A DNA stretch of 64,000 bases from Trichodelitschia bisporula (Eukaryota), in contig ML996691.1 in NCBI GenBank assembly GCA_010356995.1, positions 502,174 through 566,173 on the forward strand. The letters are read 5' to 3'. The stretch's first letter is position 1, and each line of letters starts with the position of its first letter. Made by a program: the position numbers and the translations under genes. Shown piece after piece: positions 1 to 12,054 of this stretch. The notes beneath the pieces are model-generated. The model was not told where the DNA came from. It did no database searches and saw only the letters and a list, made by a program, of their open reading frames with translations.

Positions 1-664
1 AGTATCGTAGCCGTCTTTGCCCTGTGCACCAGCGCCCTAGCGCAGAGGGCTACCGCACCGTTCACGGAGCCAAAGTCTGGAATCACCTTCCAGGCCTACA
101 AGCACACATCGGGATACCAGTTCGGCATTGCACTGCCGCCCAAGCCGGGAAATGATTTCATCGGACATCTCGTGAGTCATCGGCCCTGGCTTTAGGGCCA
201 GCCGCGCCACACATCACACTAACGGCTTTCAGTCCGCCCCTGCATCCGTTGGCTGGGCCGGCGGCGACCTCGGCCCGAAAATGGTCGGCAAGCTCCTCAT
301 CGTAGCATGGCCGAACGGCGGGTCCGTCGTGGGTAGCCTGCGCAGAGCGACGCGCAAGTCGAGCCCGCCGCCATACACCGGCGCAGCGAAGCTGAAGCCC
401 ATCGCGGCGGGGACGTACGCGAATGCTTCGCATTGGTCCTACACATTCTTGTGCGAGGGCTGCTTGGCTGATCCCGCTGTCGGATTTGCGAAAGATGCGC
501 CTGCAGGTGATCTTGGTTGGGCGGCGGGTGCGAGGGCGCCTGCAGACAAGGCGAGTGCGAACGCCGGCTTATCGTATCACAACGTGGGCGCCGGGAGCAT
601 TCAGGCGAATTTTGCGCAGGCGAAGGCGACGGGTTATGATGCCTGGGCGGCAAAGGCGGCATAG
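1..664 (+). CDS. Secreted cellobiose-dehydrogenase-type cytochrome b domain protein (AA8/DOMON-like), 5'-partial, one intron 172-232
   Basis: Frame 1 reads a signal peptide end (SIVAVFALCTSALA) then FTEPKSGITF..FGIALP..DFIGHL. After a GTGAGT..CTAAC..CAG intron it continues GWAGGDLGPKMVGKLLIVAWPNG..WSYTFLCEGC..SYHNVG, giving the Met and His heme ligands and CxxC typical of the CDH cytochrome domain. Stop TAG at 662-664. Confidence 0.85.
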
Positions 665-1389
665 AGGGATTATGTATCTTGGAAAGTTGCAAAAGCATTG
701 CGAGAATTACAGCTTGCATGCGTGATAGTGAGACAATCATCATGCTCTTTATATGTGCATAAATGGTGCTAGCGGTAAAACCACAAGTATGCAGATTTCC
801 AAATGGCTGTACAACGGGCAATAGGACCGTGTTATGAGGGTTGTGGTTGCGTAGCAGAATCACTATGTTCTGCAACTGTATGGTAGGCGGACGTGCTGCT
901 ACCAGGCTCCAGGGCAGGAGCCAATCATGTCCACCGAAGTACAATAAACGCCAGGCGACCCACAGCGAGGGTTCCTATGTTACATGCTGTATAGCCACCC
1001 CAACATCTGAGACGACAACAAAAAGGTCAAGGAATAAAATGCACTGCCGCTGTGCTGCACTCAACAGTGTAAAAGAAACTGCTGGCAACATGAAACCGTT
1101 AGACGCATGCCCAAAAAGAATATCTGAGAGACGCACCTTGCCTTGCACATCCCCAAATCCAGCCAGCTGGAAGATAGTAGTTCGATAATTGATACACAAT
1201 ACGCCCTCAAACCGGAGATACACGCCTAATCGAAAGTCGCCAATTAGGAGATGAGATTTTCAGAAATGCCCATCAATCAACTTCGCTTCCTGGGATCCAG
1301 CTCGTTCAAATCTTGCAGATATAAACAAGACACAGGTGATCGGACCGTATGAAGTACCGGAAGGTTTAACTCATAGAAAATAATTTGAT

Positions 1390-1630
1390 GAGCCATATAT
1401 TATCCCAACTGTACCAACGTTGCATTCGTTCCTCGCAATTGCAGTTATCCCCGGTGCCCCTGCGGATTTGGGCGACAAACACCCAAGCATATGGTCATGA
1501 GCTATACGAGCAAGCAAGAACGATTGACTATAACAAAATGATCAACACTAGAAGAGGTCTAGAGGCAGTCACAAACTACATCATCAACAGAGGCTTCATC
1601 GGACAATTCAAGCTAGCTAAAGAATTCCGC
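1390..1630 (+). mobile_element. Degenerate 3' end of a Tad1-like non-LTR retrotransposon (LINE ORF2 C-terminal zinc knuckle region)
   Basis: From 1455 one frame reads CPCGFGRQTPKHMVM. A shifted frame reads NTRRGLEAVTNYIINRGFIGQFKLA. Both resemble the C-terminus of fungal Tad-clade RT polyproteins. Frameshifted and truncated. Confidence 0.65.
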
Positions 1631-3798
1631 CAGTCGGAACCCGAGATGTGGGAAAAAAGCCGCCCACACCCCACGAATTGTATATAAATCCACAATCTCC
1701 TAGCGAGACTGGAAGGGAACCGGATGAAAGCGAGCCACCACAAAGCTGACGGCCCGCAACCGGAACCCTCCAGGAACCCCAAGAGAGCCGGAAAAGCTCA
1801 ATACAACGGAGGCCACAGCCCTCTCCCCAACCACAAACACAACATACTAGGACTAGCAACAACACCAGTCTACCCACACGTGAAGAATAGCGGATTCAAC
1901 ACCACCCTTGCTACCAGGAACCAGATCTTGCCCAAAGAGGAGCCGCCCCCCCCCCCCTGCGGCCTCCGGACACCACCTGGCATTCCTCAATTTCCTTCCT
2001 CTCCTTCTCTCTTTTAATCACATGACCTAGAATCACGGGATCTGCGTTGCTGTAGGCGTTCGGCATTTTTGGGGTTTAATTGGGATATGGAGTGTTTCTC
2101 AGTTTCTCGGCGTGCAGCCAAGTTCTCGCTTGGGACACACAAGAATGGTTCAAAGAAAAGGCGATAAACGCATGTAAAAGGCGTGGGGCTCACATGCCCC
2201 TCTCCAAAGGACGACTTTCAGGGCTTTTGCCGTGTAGAACCAAAGAAATTGGTCAAACCCACTCCTAAAGTGGTGAGACCCGACCATACGGCTAGCTAAA
2301 ACAAGCCTGGGCGCAATCAAGCTATTATTATATTATCCTCTGTACTGCGCACTTCCTCGCTGGCAGGCTCGTTTGCGCTCCCGCTGGCGTTCTCGCTACT
2401 GGCGGTCCAGCCAGACAATATGTATTTTCAACTGAACCGTTCTGCAAAAGAACGTCGCTCCCTGATGGGTGCGCCAGTAACGAGGAGCGAGGATGCCCGC
2501 AGGTGCAAGAGGTAAAAAAAAAATGAACACACTTTGGATCCCCACACCGCGAGCCACCGTCATCGCATAATAAAAAGAAAACCCTCGTAAGTACTCCAAC
2601 TTGTGAGTGACAAAGCTCCCCACTGTGATACTTTGAATAACGACTCTGACACGCACTAGAGAATTTTAAAGTCCAATAGCAATGCGCTGGGCCTGCTCCG
2701 GTGGAACCTTCCAGAACGGAAAACACTACAAGAGCAGACCGGAAGACATAAATTCAACCGGGATCATAAGAGGCATACGTAGAACCTCAGAAATGAATGT
2801 TAAACAGATGCACAATATCCCTGTCATCTTATCGAACTGAATCAAATGTGAGCATGTATGTAATATGTGCAACATCAGAGGTTGGATTCCAAGGCGCAGT
2901 GGGTCTCAGGCATTGGACTAGCGCCATTAAGCCGGGGGGACGTCCCACCGTTGCTAAACATGCTTCTGGTCTCCTTAACATATACCCCTGAGTTTTGATT
3001 ACAAACACAGAGGATCTCAGCCTTAGGATAGTAGCCCAGCGGACTTGAAAGGGAAATTACTCTTTTCATAAACAGGCTCCTTTTGGAATCTAGGGACTCT
3101 CATACTCCTGTTTTCTATACTATTTAGACTTACTCACGACTACAAAAATACACCGTCCGCAATGCACCGATGAATGAAACGGTCATATTATTGGTGCATC
3201 GAGCCTCCATTTGAGACGGAATGGACCGGGGTAGACTGATGCGTAAAGGACTGGACGGTGCTGCGTAATCTGGGATTCTGATAAGTTGCTGAGGCAATGG
3301 CTATGCAGCGAATGGCCTATAAATTACCTAAGCTAGTGCTCGGACGTGTAGGGGATACTGTTAGAATTTCTTGGATGAGACGAGTAACTTCGGCACTTCC
3401 TTTGGCGTGGTAAACCCTTGTAAAAATTTGCTGTAGAACTTCAAGGTTTGGGTGATCTGATGACATTATTTTGTATTGCTTTGTGGCATTTTCGGACAGC
3501 GGCTTCTCGCGGCCCAGAATTGGGTACAAAATGGCACTCACTTGACTGGAAAGATGTAAATCCCGAGGCTGTGTTCGTAAGGTCTGCCGTGATTCATGCC
3601 ATTTTGCTGGTGTGAGTGTGGGTCATCCCAGGGGTTTGAGGCGTGCGATGAATTGTTCCCCAAAGTAAAATACCTTACGTATGACGCCAGATTTCTACAT
3701 GGAAACTATTCCACGCACACCCAAAGAACCTGCCGTTCACACCTGCGGTTCATACCCCTCACAAATAGCTAATCAGAAGACGAGGACTTTTTTTTAGC

Positions 3799-4020
3799 TA
3801 TCCCTTGTACGGGCCAGGTACTGGCCCAGGTACACGCCCAGGTACCCGTCCCCCACTTTTCCGCTATCATGGACCAATTAAAGAGCTAGAATTTATTACG
3901 GAAATGAATAAATCTTCAGAGAACTAAATTCTAGCTCTTTGATTGGTCTATAACAGCGGAGAATTGGCGACGAGTACCTGGGCATGTACCTGGGCCAGTA
4001 CATGAGCCGTACGAGGGATA
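3799..4020. mobile_element. Foldback MITE-like element, copy 1
   Basis: Long imperfect inverted arms TCCCTTGTACGG..CCAGGTAC..GACCAATTAAAGAGCTAGAATTTA and TAAATTCTAGCTCTTTTGATTGGTC..GTACCTGG..CCGTACGAGGGA, flanked by TA on both sides. A related copy lies at 6319-6507. Confidence 0.8.
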
Positions 4021-5031
4021 AGGGATAGGGTGCGTTTATGGTCCCTTTAGTTGGCCTTTGCATCTCATGTATCCGGGGCGGAGAGGTATCCATGGCGCGG
4101 ATGTGCAATAGTACAGCGGTAATTATTTTGTGCTGAGCTCTGCAGTTTCTCCTAAATTTACCAATAGAGGTTATCGATTTTTCTGTTGCCCGACCCTGGT
4201 GAGGTGGATGGTTCAGCCAGCTCAGAGTTGAGTTGGATGCCTCAGGCACCTAGTTCAGACCGTCTGACCTTGGTTGGAGCCTCAGGCATTAAGGCTAGGG
4301 TCAGCCGGGCTGGATCTGCAGGGATCAGGACTCTAAGGCAGTTATCGTCGAGTTATGGCAATTATTACTGCAGCACGGCAGGTAGCACGGCGTCATAGTA
4401 GGCATAATTATAGTATGATAGCAGGCATAATTAGATTGCGGCAGCAGGCATAGAGGGTTTGTTTGTTTGGCTGCCTTAGGCCTATTAGCCGTCCCATCCT
4501 TTAGATAGCTTGCTTCCTCCCACATCTCTCACCAAGCATCATCTCTCTCATTCACTCACTCTCATGTTCGTGACGGTCATCCACGTTTCAATATCTGTCC
4601 TCAAATATTACTCCCAGTCCCGCTTCGAAGGAAATATGGTCACACTATATAGACCTAATACCATCAAATATTTGTATGTGTGATGGTTCAGGACGGCATA
4701 TATGACTTGAAGCGTTTTGATGCAGATTGTAATTCAATCATTTGTTTCGCGCAATCCGCCCTTTCCAAACGTTCCGTAGAGATAAAGTTAACTGATTTGG
4801 ACGGAATGGTAACTGGAATATTTGTATATGATTGATTAGTGCTAATCTTTGTTAGCCAGTACGTATACGGACCAAAGACTTGAAGCATAACTATTACATC
4901 GCACATCCTGGTGCCCCTACTGGTTACTGCGGTAATCTCATTGGACTTTCGAAGTCAAGTCTCAGGTAGCAATGCACAGTTAAATTGGCCTTGACGTGAT
5001 GAGTTTGATGCTATATTATGCTAGATACTCC

Positions 5032-5294
5032 CAGGGGTTTTAACCCGATGTTAAACTGCTTTACCTCATTCCGACCAACCCGCCCAGATGGCGGGCGGAT
5101 ATGGCAGGGTAATAAGATTTTGCCTAAATAATAAGCTTAATGTCTATAGTAATACATTTATTCCACCTTTCCTACCTGCAAATATAGGCGTAGGCGGGCG
5201 GCCGGAGTAAAATCAGATATACGCTATTCCGCCCCCGACCCGACCGCCCGACGGGTGGTTGGGGGCGGCTGGAATCGCCGGGTTAAAGGCCTTG
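5032..5294. mobile_element. Non-autonomous hAT-like MITE (263 bp)
   Basis: Termini CAGGGGTTTTAACCCG and CGGGTTAAAGGCCTTG match 13/16 as an inverted repeat. Flanking 8-mers GATACTCC (5024-5031) and GATACTCT (5295-5302) form a 7/8 target-site duplication. Subterminal CCGCCC/GGGCGG motifs are present. Confidence 0.7.
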
Positions 5295-6318
5295 GATACT
5301 CTTAGTGGGCAAATAGGGTTCAAGTGCCAAGTCTGGGGGCTTCCGGCCGTCACTGGCTGGCGTTTACTGGCGTGTACCAAAACCTTTGGTGTCTAACTCA
5401 ATATATTTTGGAGTACATATAAGGTGATTACTTATCCGTAATAGGTGTGCTGACAGAGTCCCTTTCTTTTTGTATTCCCCTCTTCTGCTTGGGCGGGGTT
5501 AAAATGGGCAATTATGGCGTCCATTTCAGTTTCTCCGGGCATGTGCAGTGCACCCCTCGGCTCACCTCAGATGACGAGGAAAGTACGTACGGCTTCATTT
5601 GTGCTTCCAACAATAGCTAGGTTGTGATGACGTCGCTAACCTCAAATTACATACGTGTGAATGGAGAAGGGAGTAGATAGTCAGGCTGTGCTAGCCCAGC
5701 ATAGAAAGATTAAGTGCGGGTTTCTGCCTCATGCTGAGGCTGTTGAGAAACTGAAGCGGGGGTAGTGGCCGGGATAACTAAGATCATGGCTATGATACGA
5801 GTGGGTGTCTTTTATGTACTTATTGGCGTAAGCCAACAACGTTGCGAGAATTCTCCGTGCCATAACATCTTACCGCCCAGAGTTGAACATCTTTGTTTAA
5901 ATCATCTTTGTTGACGTTCTATTTTTCCTCTTCTCTCTACAGCGTTGCTAATGCTAGAACATCAAAATCCCGTTTCAAAAAAGATGGCGGACAAATAGGT
6001 GGCATTAAGTGATGTTCGAGGTCTAATGTACACCCAGGAAGCATGAAGTTATTTAGCATTCTCACGACGTAGCCTGATATATTGGCGCGTAGTAGAAAAA
6101 GAAAACAGCACCTTATCTACCACCCTCGCTAGCGTCTAAGCGTATGAGAGGGTACCGATGGGAAAGTGGAATTTAAATCGAGTGCTAAGGTTATGCACCA
6201 GACAGCTGTAAGTGCGGAATGATAGGAGTATTGCAGCTAGCAACGGTTACTTAATGGTGGCGTATAAAATTCCGCCACACGTCTCGATATATGTCTTGGC
6301 TCCCTTGTAAAGACACGA

Positions 6319-6507
6319 CGGTGCGTATCCCTTGTACGGCCCAGGTACTCTTCGCCTACGTACCTGCTATCTTGGACTAATCAAAGAGCTAGAATCAAGT
6401 TATGTAAATATTTCTCTCTTTCTGGAATAAATTTTAGCTCTTTGATTGGTCCATGATCGCGGGTACGTGGACAGCGAGTACCTGGGCCGTACAAGGGATA
6501 CGCACCG
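6319..6507. mobile_element. Foldback MITE-like element, copy 2
   Basis: Perfect 32-bp terminal inverted repeat CGGTGCGTATCCCTTGTACGGCCCAGGTACTC, plus inner arms AATCAAAGAGCTA / TAGCTCTTTGATT shared with copy 1. Confidence 0.85.
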
Positions 6508-6586
6508 CTCAGGATACTGGCCAAGTGCTCTGAGCGACCGGCAATTGGAACTAGAGAACTATTAGCACATCGATAAAATCACAACT

Positions 6587-7497
6587 ATGTCCCGTAAGTA
6601 AAAGCCCTCCCACCGCTAACTGATATGTAACACAACCTAAGCAAATACTGGGATTTACAAGATGGACCGCACCTCCGTTTGCTACTTTGACAGCTTACAT
6701 GAACAGCCTACCAACAACTAACGACGGGCTGGAAACGCGCCCGGACTTTTGAAAAAGCAAGGTCAATGAGAGTCTCTTTTTTACAAAGGAATCCCTATTT
6801 TTTGTTTATGGATCGCGCTAGGACAGATGCTAAGAAATGCCAGTTAATGACGAGAAACGAGAAAGATCAAGGTCGCATTTCTTCATCCGCTTTTTGATGT
6901 GTGCATCACGTGCTGAAGTCTGACATTGAAATTTTATAGGGGATGGACGCTAAGACCTTAACGTACGCGCTCCCAATTGCGCACCAATTAAGGGAGCTGA
7001 ACACACGTTCTGCATACATCTGCCAACTTTGCAGAAGTAACTAATTCTACCACAGGCTTGACGGGCCAAACAAAAGAGCCTACCATTTTGCCCCACCACT
7101 CCATTACCTCACTTATACGCCTTGCCTACATACTTGCCAATGCATCCGGTGAAACGGGGACAATTTTGCATATGTCCATTCATCAAGTAAACTCCCTCTG
7201 GCCATGTTGGACAGCATCCTTGGTAGAGGTATGCGCAGGTTATATGAGTGGCTTGTAACTACCTAAATTCAGGAGTATCGAGAACGGCTCCACGCCCGTT
7301 TCCCCTTTGACGCCATCATTTGTACTTGTTTCCAATTATTTGTGCCCTCCGTGCCTCCCCCCAACGCGTATGTAAAGGATTTCCGGAGACAGCTACGCCT
7401 GCATCCCCTTGGATTGAAGAAGCTCTTTGATTACTTGGCCCCTTCACACTCTGCAATTAAATACCAAATTCCTCCTCCAATGGCCTTCACTAGATAA
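6587..7497 (+). pseudogene. Possible spliced orphan gene or gene relic
   Basis: Several GT..CTAA(C/T)..AG intron-like units. Exon 7056-7228 joins in phase, across a 44-nt GTATGC..CAG intron, to an open frame 7273-7497. The upstream part does not assemble cleanly and no family is recognised. Confidence 0.25.
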
Positions 7498-8176
7498 TTA
7501 ACCAACACCTCCCCGAAGTCCCCTCTGCAGGTTTACTGGATGAGGGTATGTGCAGGTAAGGTGCGTAAATAAACTTATGGATTGTACGCCGCATTTCTTT
7601 CCCCCTGGATACCCTGATAATCCAACGGTTTACACCAAGGATTATCAGCATTGTTAAACGCTTCCGTCAGTTTTTTTATCTATGGCAGGAGAACCTGACA
7701 CTCTCAAAGTTTTGACGTCAAACGCGTCAAAGACGAAGCGATCGTTGATGAAATTTACATTTGGAAGGAGCTCAACTTCCTGCGCCAAGATGTAACCAGT
7801 CTTTTGGTCATGAGAGCTCTAGCTGGGAACTATTTCACACACACACACGCCCAGACTCGGGATGCCCACCTACCAGTGCTGCCACAGAAACCCCCCAGCC
7901 GGCACAGTGCCAGCAAACGCCATGATCCACCAATCTCAACTTCAGCTTCGAGTCGTGATGCACTCATGCACCAAAGATACATGAGGATAAATAAATTTTA
8001 TTTCTTTAGAATTGTCTTGATGAGACACATGTTAGCATCACTTTTGTTGTAATGCGCTCGTGGAGAGAAGAACCTTTTAAACTTGAAGGACTGTAGCTTT
8101 TTGGGGTCTTGGGGGCAAGGTGTCATCAAATTGCGATGTTGAACTTCAAATTGCGAGGTACTTATCCCCTCTAGCG

Positions 8177-8355
8177 CGCGTCTTGGCCGGGGTTTAGGCT
8201 ACGGCTAGGGCTCGGAGTTAGGTTTTCATTGGCCAGTCAGAGAGGAGACGTATATCACAAAATAGTTCTGTAGTAAATGTATGCTCTCTAATTAGTGACC
8301 GGAAATCTAAGCCTCACCTCAACCCTAGCAAAAACCCTGACCTATCCAAGCCGCG
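8177..8355. repeat. Degenerate inverted-repeat element with TTAGG/CCTAA-like motifs
   Basis: Ends CGCGTCTTGG / CCAAGCCGCG (9/10). Inner GCTAGGG / CCCTAGC and AGAGAG / CTCTCT pairs are nested symmetrically. Confidence 0.35.
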
Positions 8356-9570
8356 ACCCATGACCGGGAACGGATACCGCGTGGCTGAATAATGCGACAG
8401 ATCGAGCCCTTGGATTTGTCACAACGAGAGACCATTTTCATACTTTCTCTGGCAGGCTATGTTAGAGAGAAGATGTTGTAATATTTCTGTAGAGAGGTTG
8501 AGATGAACCTGATTGATTCGCCGGAACTGTGCCACAGTGGCTCAATTTTTTTTTGAGTTGTTAGTGGCCAGGCGCTGGTAGGGCAGGCCTGTGTCCCAGG
8601 TTTTGATAGCGTGTGTGTAAAAAGTTCCCCACCTGATTGGTGTATATGATGTTAATAAACCAAAACAATACCCCTAGTACCAGCCTTTTAAATATAATTG
8701 TCATCGCCTATGCGCGACGACGGAGTGATCTTATTTTGTCACGGTATGACACCCGGTTTCTGTTGCTCCATGGGCTCGCACCATCACCGGGTTGTATGGG
8801 GCTTGGCGCTGTGCCAAGCCGCCAAACTCACACTCGTACACCAGGCCTACTTACCCGCAGTCCCTGACACCTTTACTCCGTAGCTTTACAATCTACGTCT
8901 TACCCACATCTTGATCGTGCATGCGTGATTGTTGACGGTGACATATTTGGCCCAGTGCAGTAGCAAGTTCTGTTTTCAAGTGCAAATTATGCAGTGGTTT
9001 CAATATGGTGGGGGCTGAAATAGACGTCTAAATGCCCATGGCAGTTCTCCATCTCACAACAGGGTGGCTTGTGAACGCGCCTAGCTGAGGGCTATATTTC
9101 AGGTTTTGCGTGCCTATTATTCCCCAGTTGCCCTAGCGCCGCTATTCTTTCCATCCACCACCGTTTCCCATCAGGACTGCATCCGGGCCTCTGCCGGCTA
9201 GCCCCTCATTGGCTCTATTTGGAATCTAGGCTCTCAAGCTTTCTCACTCTGAAATATATCAAGGGGTGGCTTTCCTTATAGCTTCTTCGACGACAGGGGA
9301 AAGTCCCAAATCACCAGATCGTGAAAAATTCATGACTTACGACAGCTTCCTCGAGGTGAAGCGCTTACTAGGGTATTTATTTATCAACGCTCAGAATTTA
9401 CAGATAGACATTAAGGGGTTATTTTCTCTCTCCTACCCCCTCCTATCCCCTCCTATCCGTAGCATCTGTCCCTCCCGTTCACATCTACCGTGAACCCCGA
9501 GCCTGTCCCACATTCCGCTATCAAGGGATTCCACTTCACCCCTTTGGACCAGCGTGCACTCTCATCATAG

Positions 9571-11482
9571 TTATGTCCAGCCCGGATCCCCGAAAAACTC
9601 CACGAATCGTGCGCTGAGAGATGCCACCTCAACTGCACCCATCGTCGTCTCGTCTTTCCACGTTTTGCGCAACTCACTAATGACTGGAACAAGCTTTGCC
9701 TGCTGCCTAATGTTAGAATGAGGAGCACGGAAGGGAGAGACCAACTATAATGTCAAGATGAGGTTCTATCGTTGATCTCGACATATTGCGTAATAGCGAG
9801 GCGAGATCCCAGAACACCTTCCGCCGCTCAGAGGCAAGCTGCTCGACAGACCCGTTCGTAGCGACTGGCTCATTCATCGCCGATTTCTCTTGAAGCTTCG
9901 CGAGACGCTGGATTATGGAAAAACGCGCGGTAATGGCACTGGAGTGAACGTTGGCCTTCTGGATGTCGCATTGCAGCTGGCGGCGTATATCGGGTGCTTC
10001 TGCCACACTCGCTTGCAGCGCTTGTATGTCGACCTCACTATTCGGATGCTGCTGGGACAGAGTAACGAGCTCGGGTGGGCAGTTGTCGAATAACGACGAG
10101 AGCTCCCGGAGAGTGTCTGTCAGCACTCGCCGTTCCTCCCGACAGCCAAGATCCGGACTAATGTCGTAGAGAAGGTCGACGGTTGAGAGAACGTGACATA
10201 TCCGGTAGACCCGAACATTCAGGTTGAACCCTTCGAGAAGTGAGATCAGACTCGATGGCCGCTCGAGCCGGTCGTGGTAGATGTAGTAGTCATCTATGGC
10301 ATCTGGCATCCGGGGAAGTTCTGTCGTCCTACATGGTGGAATCATTTCGGGCCTTTGTGATAGTCTGCCACGATTGTTAGTGTATTACCTATGAGACAGC
10401 AGCACTGAGGTGGTACCTGGACTCCGTGTAGATAGCCCAGAAGAGCCGCGACGAGATCTCGCGACCCACGAACCCCTTGAACCCTGGCTGTACGGGATCT
10501 GGGGGTAGGTCTAAACTCCGTAAAATACTCAGGCTTTCCGCCATATGCAGTGAGAACTGGGTTAGTCGGCTCGTGCGTGCCGAGATGATGGCCATGAAGA
10601 AGCTTGTGACAGCATCGTCGACGTCAAGGTTCGGCCGTAGTAAATAGCCTGGACCTCGGGCGTCGGTACATACTTGTACACAGCGGTCAACAAAGTCCTC
10701 ACCACTGGCTAGAAGACCATCGTGTACTGCATCGCGGAGTGCAATTTCCGAAAGCCGCGGAAAGGAGGCTGCGAAGGCTCCCACGACGGCGGCTATGAGG
10801 CCGAGAAACGTCCGGCTTTGCAAGTCCTCCCGCTTGTTGAATCGGTCCAGTACTAGGTGCTCGTGTGGGAACGGATAGATTGGGTAGATGTAGGTGAAGA
10901 AATCGAAAAGCAAGCGATGGACCAGGTGGTGAGGAGCAATGGCCTCAATAGAAAGCTGGAACTGTCCTGAAACGAAGCCTTCATGAAGATCCACGCCGTC
11001 CATCCTCTGCCGCTTGATCTCTTCGACGACTCTGTTGACCGGACCGCGCCGCTTCGTGGGACGTTGAAAAGTGCATTCAATGTCTAATTCAACGCAGTTT
11101 TTACACGGCACTTCCTCTCCGCACTTGGCCGTTAGGAACAGGGGTTCAATATGCAATGGTATCTTACCTTGACCTTACGCCTACTGCAGGCATCACAAGC
11201 ACGACCCAGACGTTTTGACTTTGCCAGGACGTCGTTCGAATCAGAATGGTTCGTAGCATCGTGGCCATGATTCGGTGCGTCGTTCGCGGCCGCTGCTGCG
11301 GCTTGAAGTTGAAGCTTGAAAGAAGCTTGCGCGGCCTGTGACGCCGAGGATTGGGGGGCCGGCTCGCCGAGGGCCGCCAGACTGGGCTCGAGGCTATTGA
11401 GGGCGTCGGTCGGTGGAGCAGTTGCATAAGCCCCAGAGAAGTGATTTCCTTGAGAATGCGGAGGCGTAGGAAACTGCGACAT
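9571..11482 (-). CDS. Zn(II)2Cys6 fungal transcription factor (4 exons)
   Basis: RACDACSRRKVK|CGEEVPCKNCVELDIECTF binuclear cluster split by intron 11167-11124, a middle homology region (FFTYIYPIYPFPHE; RLFW), and a last exon ending ..GDPGWT* at 9571. Confidence 0.9.
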
Positions 11483-12054
11483 GGTCCCCAAGGGGATCAC
11501 GCCGGGGAGAAACGATGTAGTGGGGCAGAATGGTGAGTGAACTTTTGAGTTCTGATGTGTCCCAGCAATAGTGATCAAAAGCCTGCAACGAGAGATGAGC
11601 GTAGTAATAGATGCAAGAGAAGACTGATACTTGCCGAAAGGACGCTCTAGAACATTACGAGTTGCGGGCTGCATCCGTGGCCGACTGTGTAGACGGCGAT
11701 GGCATCGCGGGCAGGCCAAGCGCCAAGACCATGTCGAGGACCTTGAGGCGGCTGAACTCGGTGGCGACAGAGTTGGGGGAGACATGAGGTGAAAATGCCG
11801 GACTGTGGAGTCTGTGCAAAAGCAGGTTGTTGCGACAGGAAAAACGATCATGGCGCCCGTGAAGATAAACAAGCTTCACGGCATATATTCGGCACTTCAA
11901 GGCCTTGTGGCTCGCTGGGGAAGACCACGTCCCTTGCACAGAAGGGAAAAGGATGCGCTTGCGCCAAATGATCATTCATCTACTCCCCGACCTTCCGCAC
12001 ACAAAACCAACCACCATCATGCCGCATACAATCATAGCTATCCTACAGAATATA

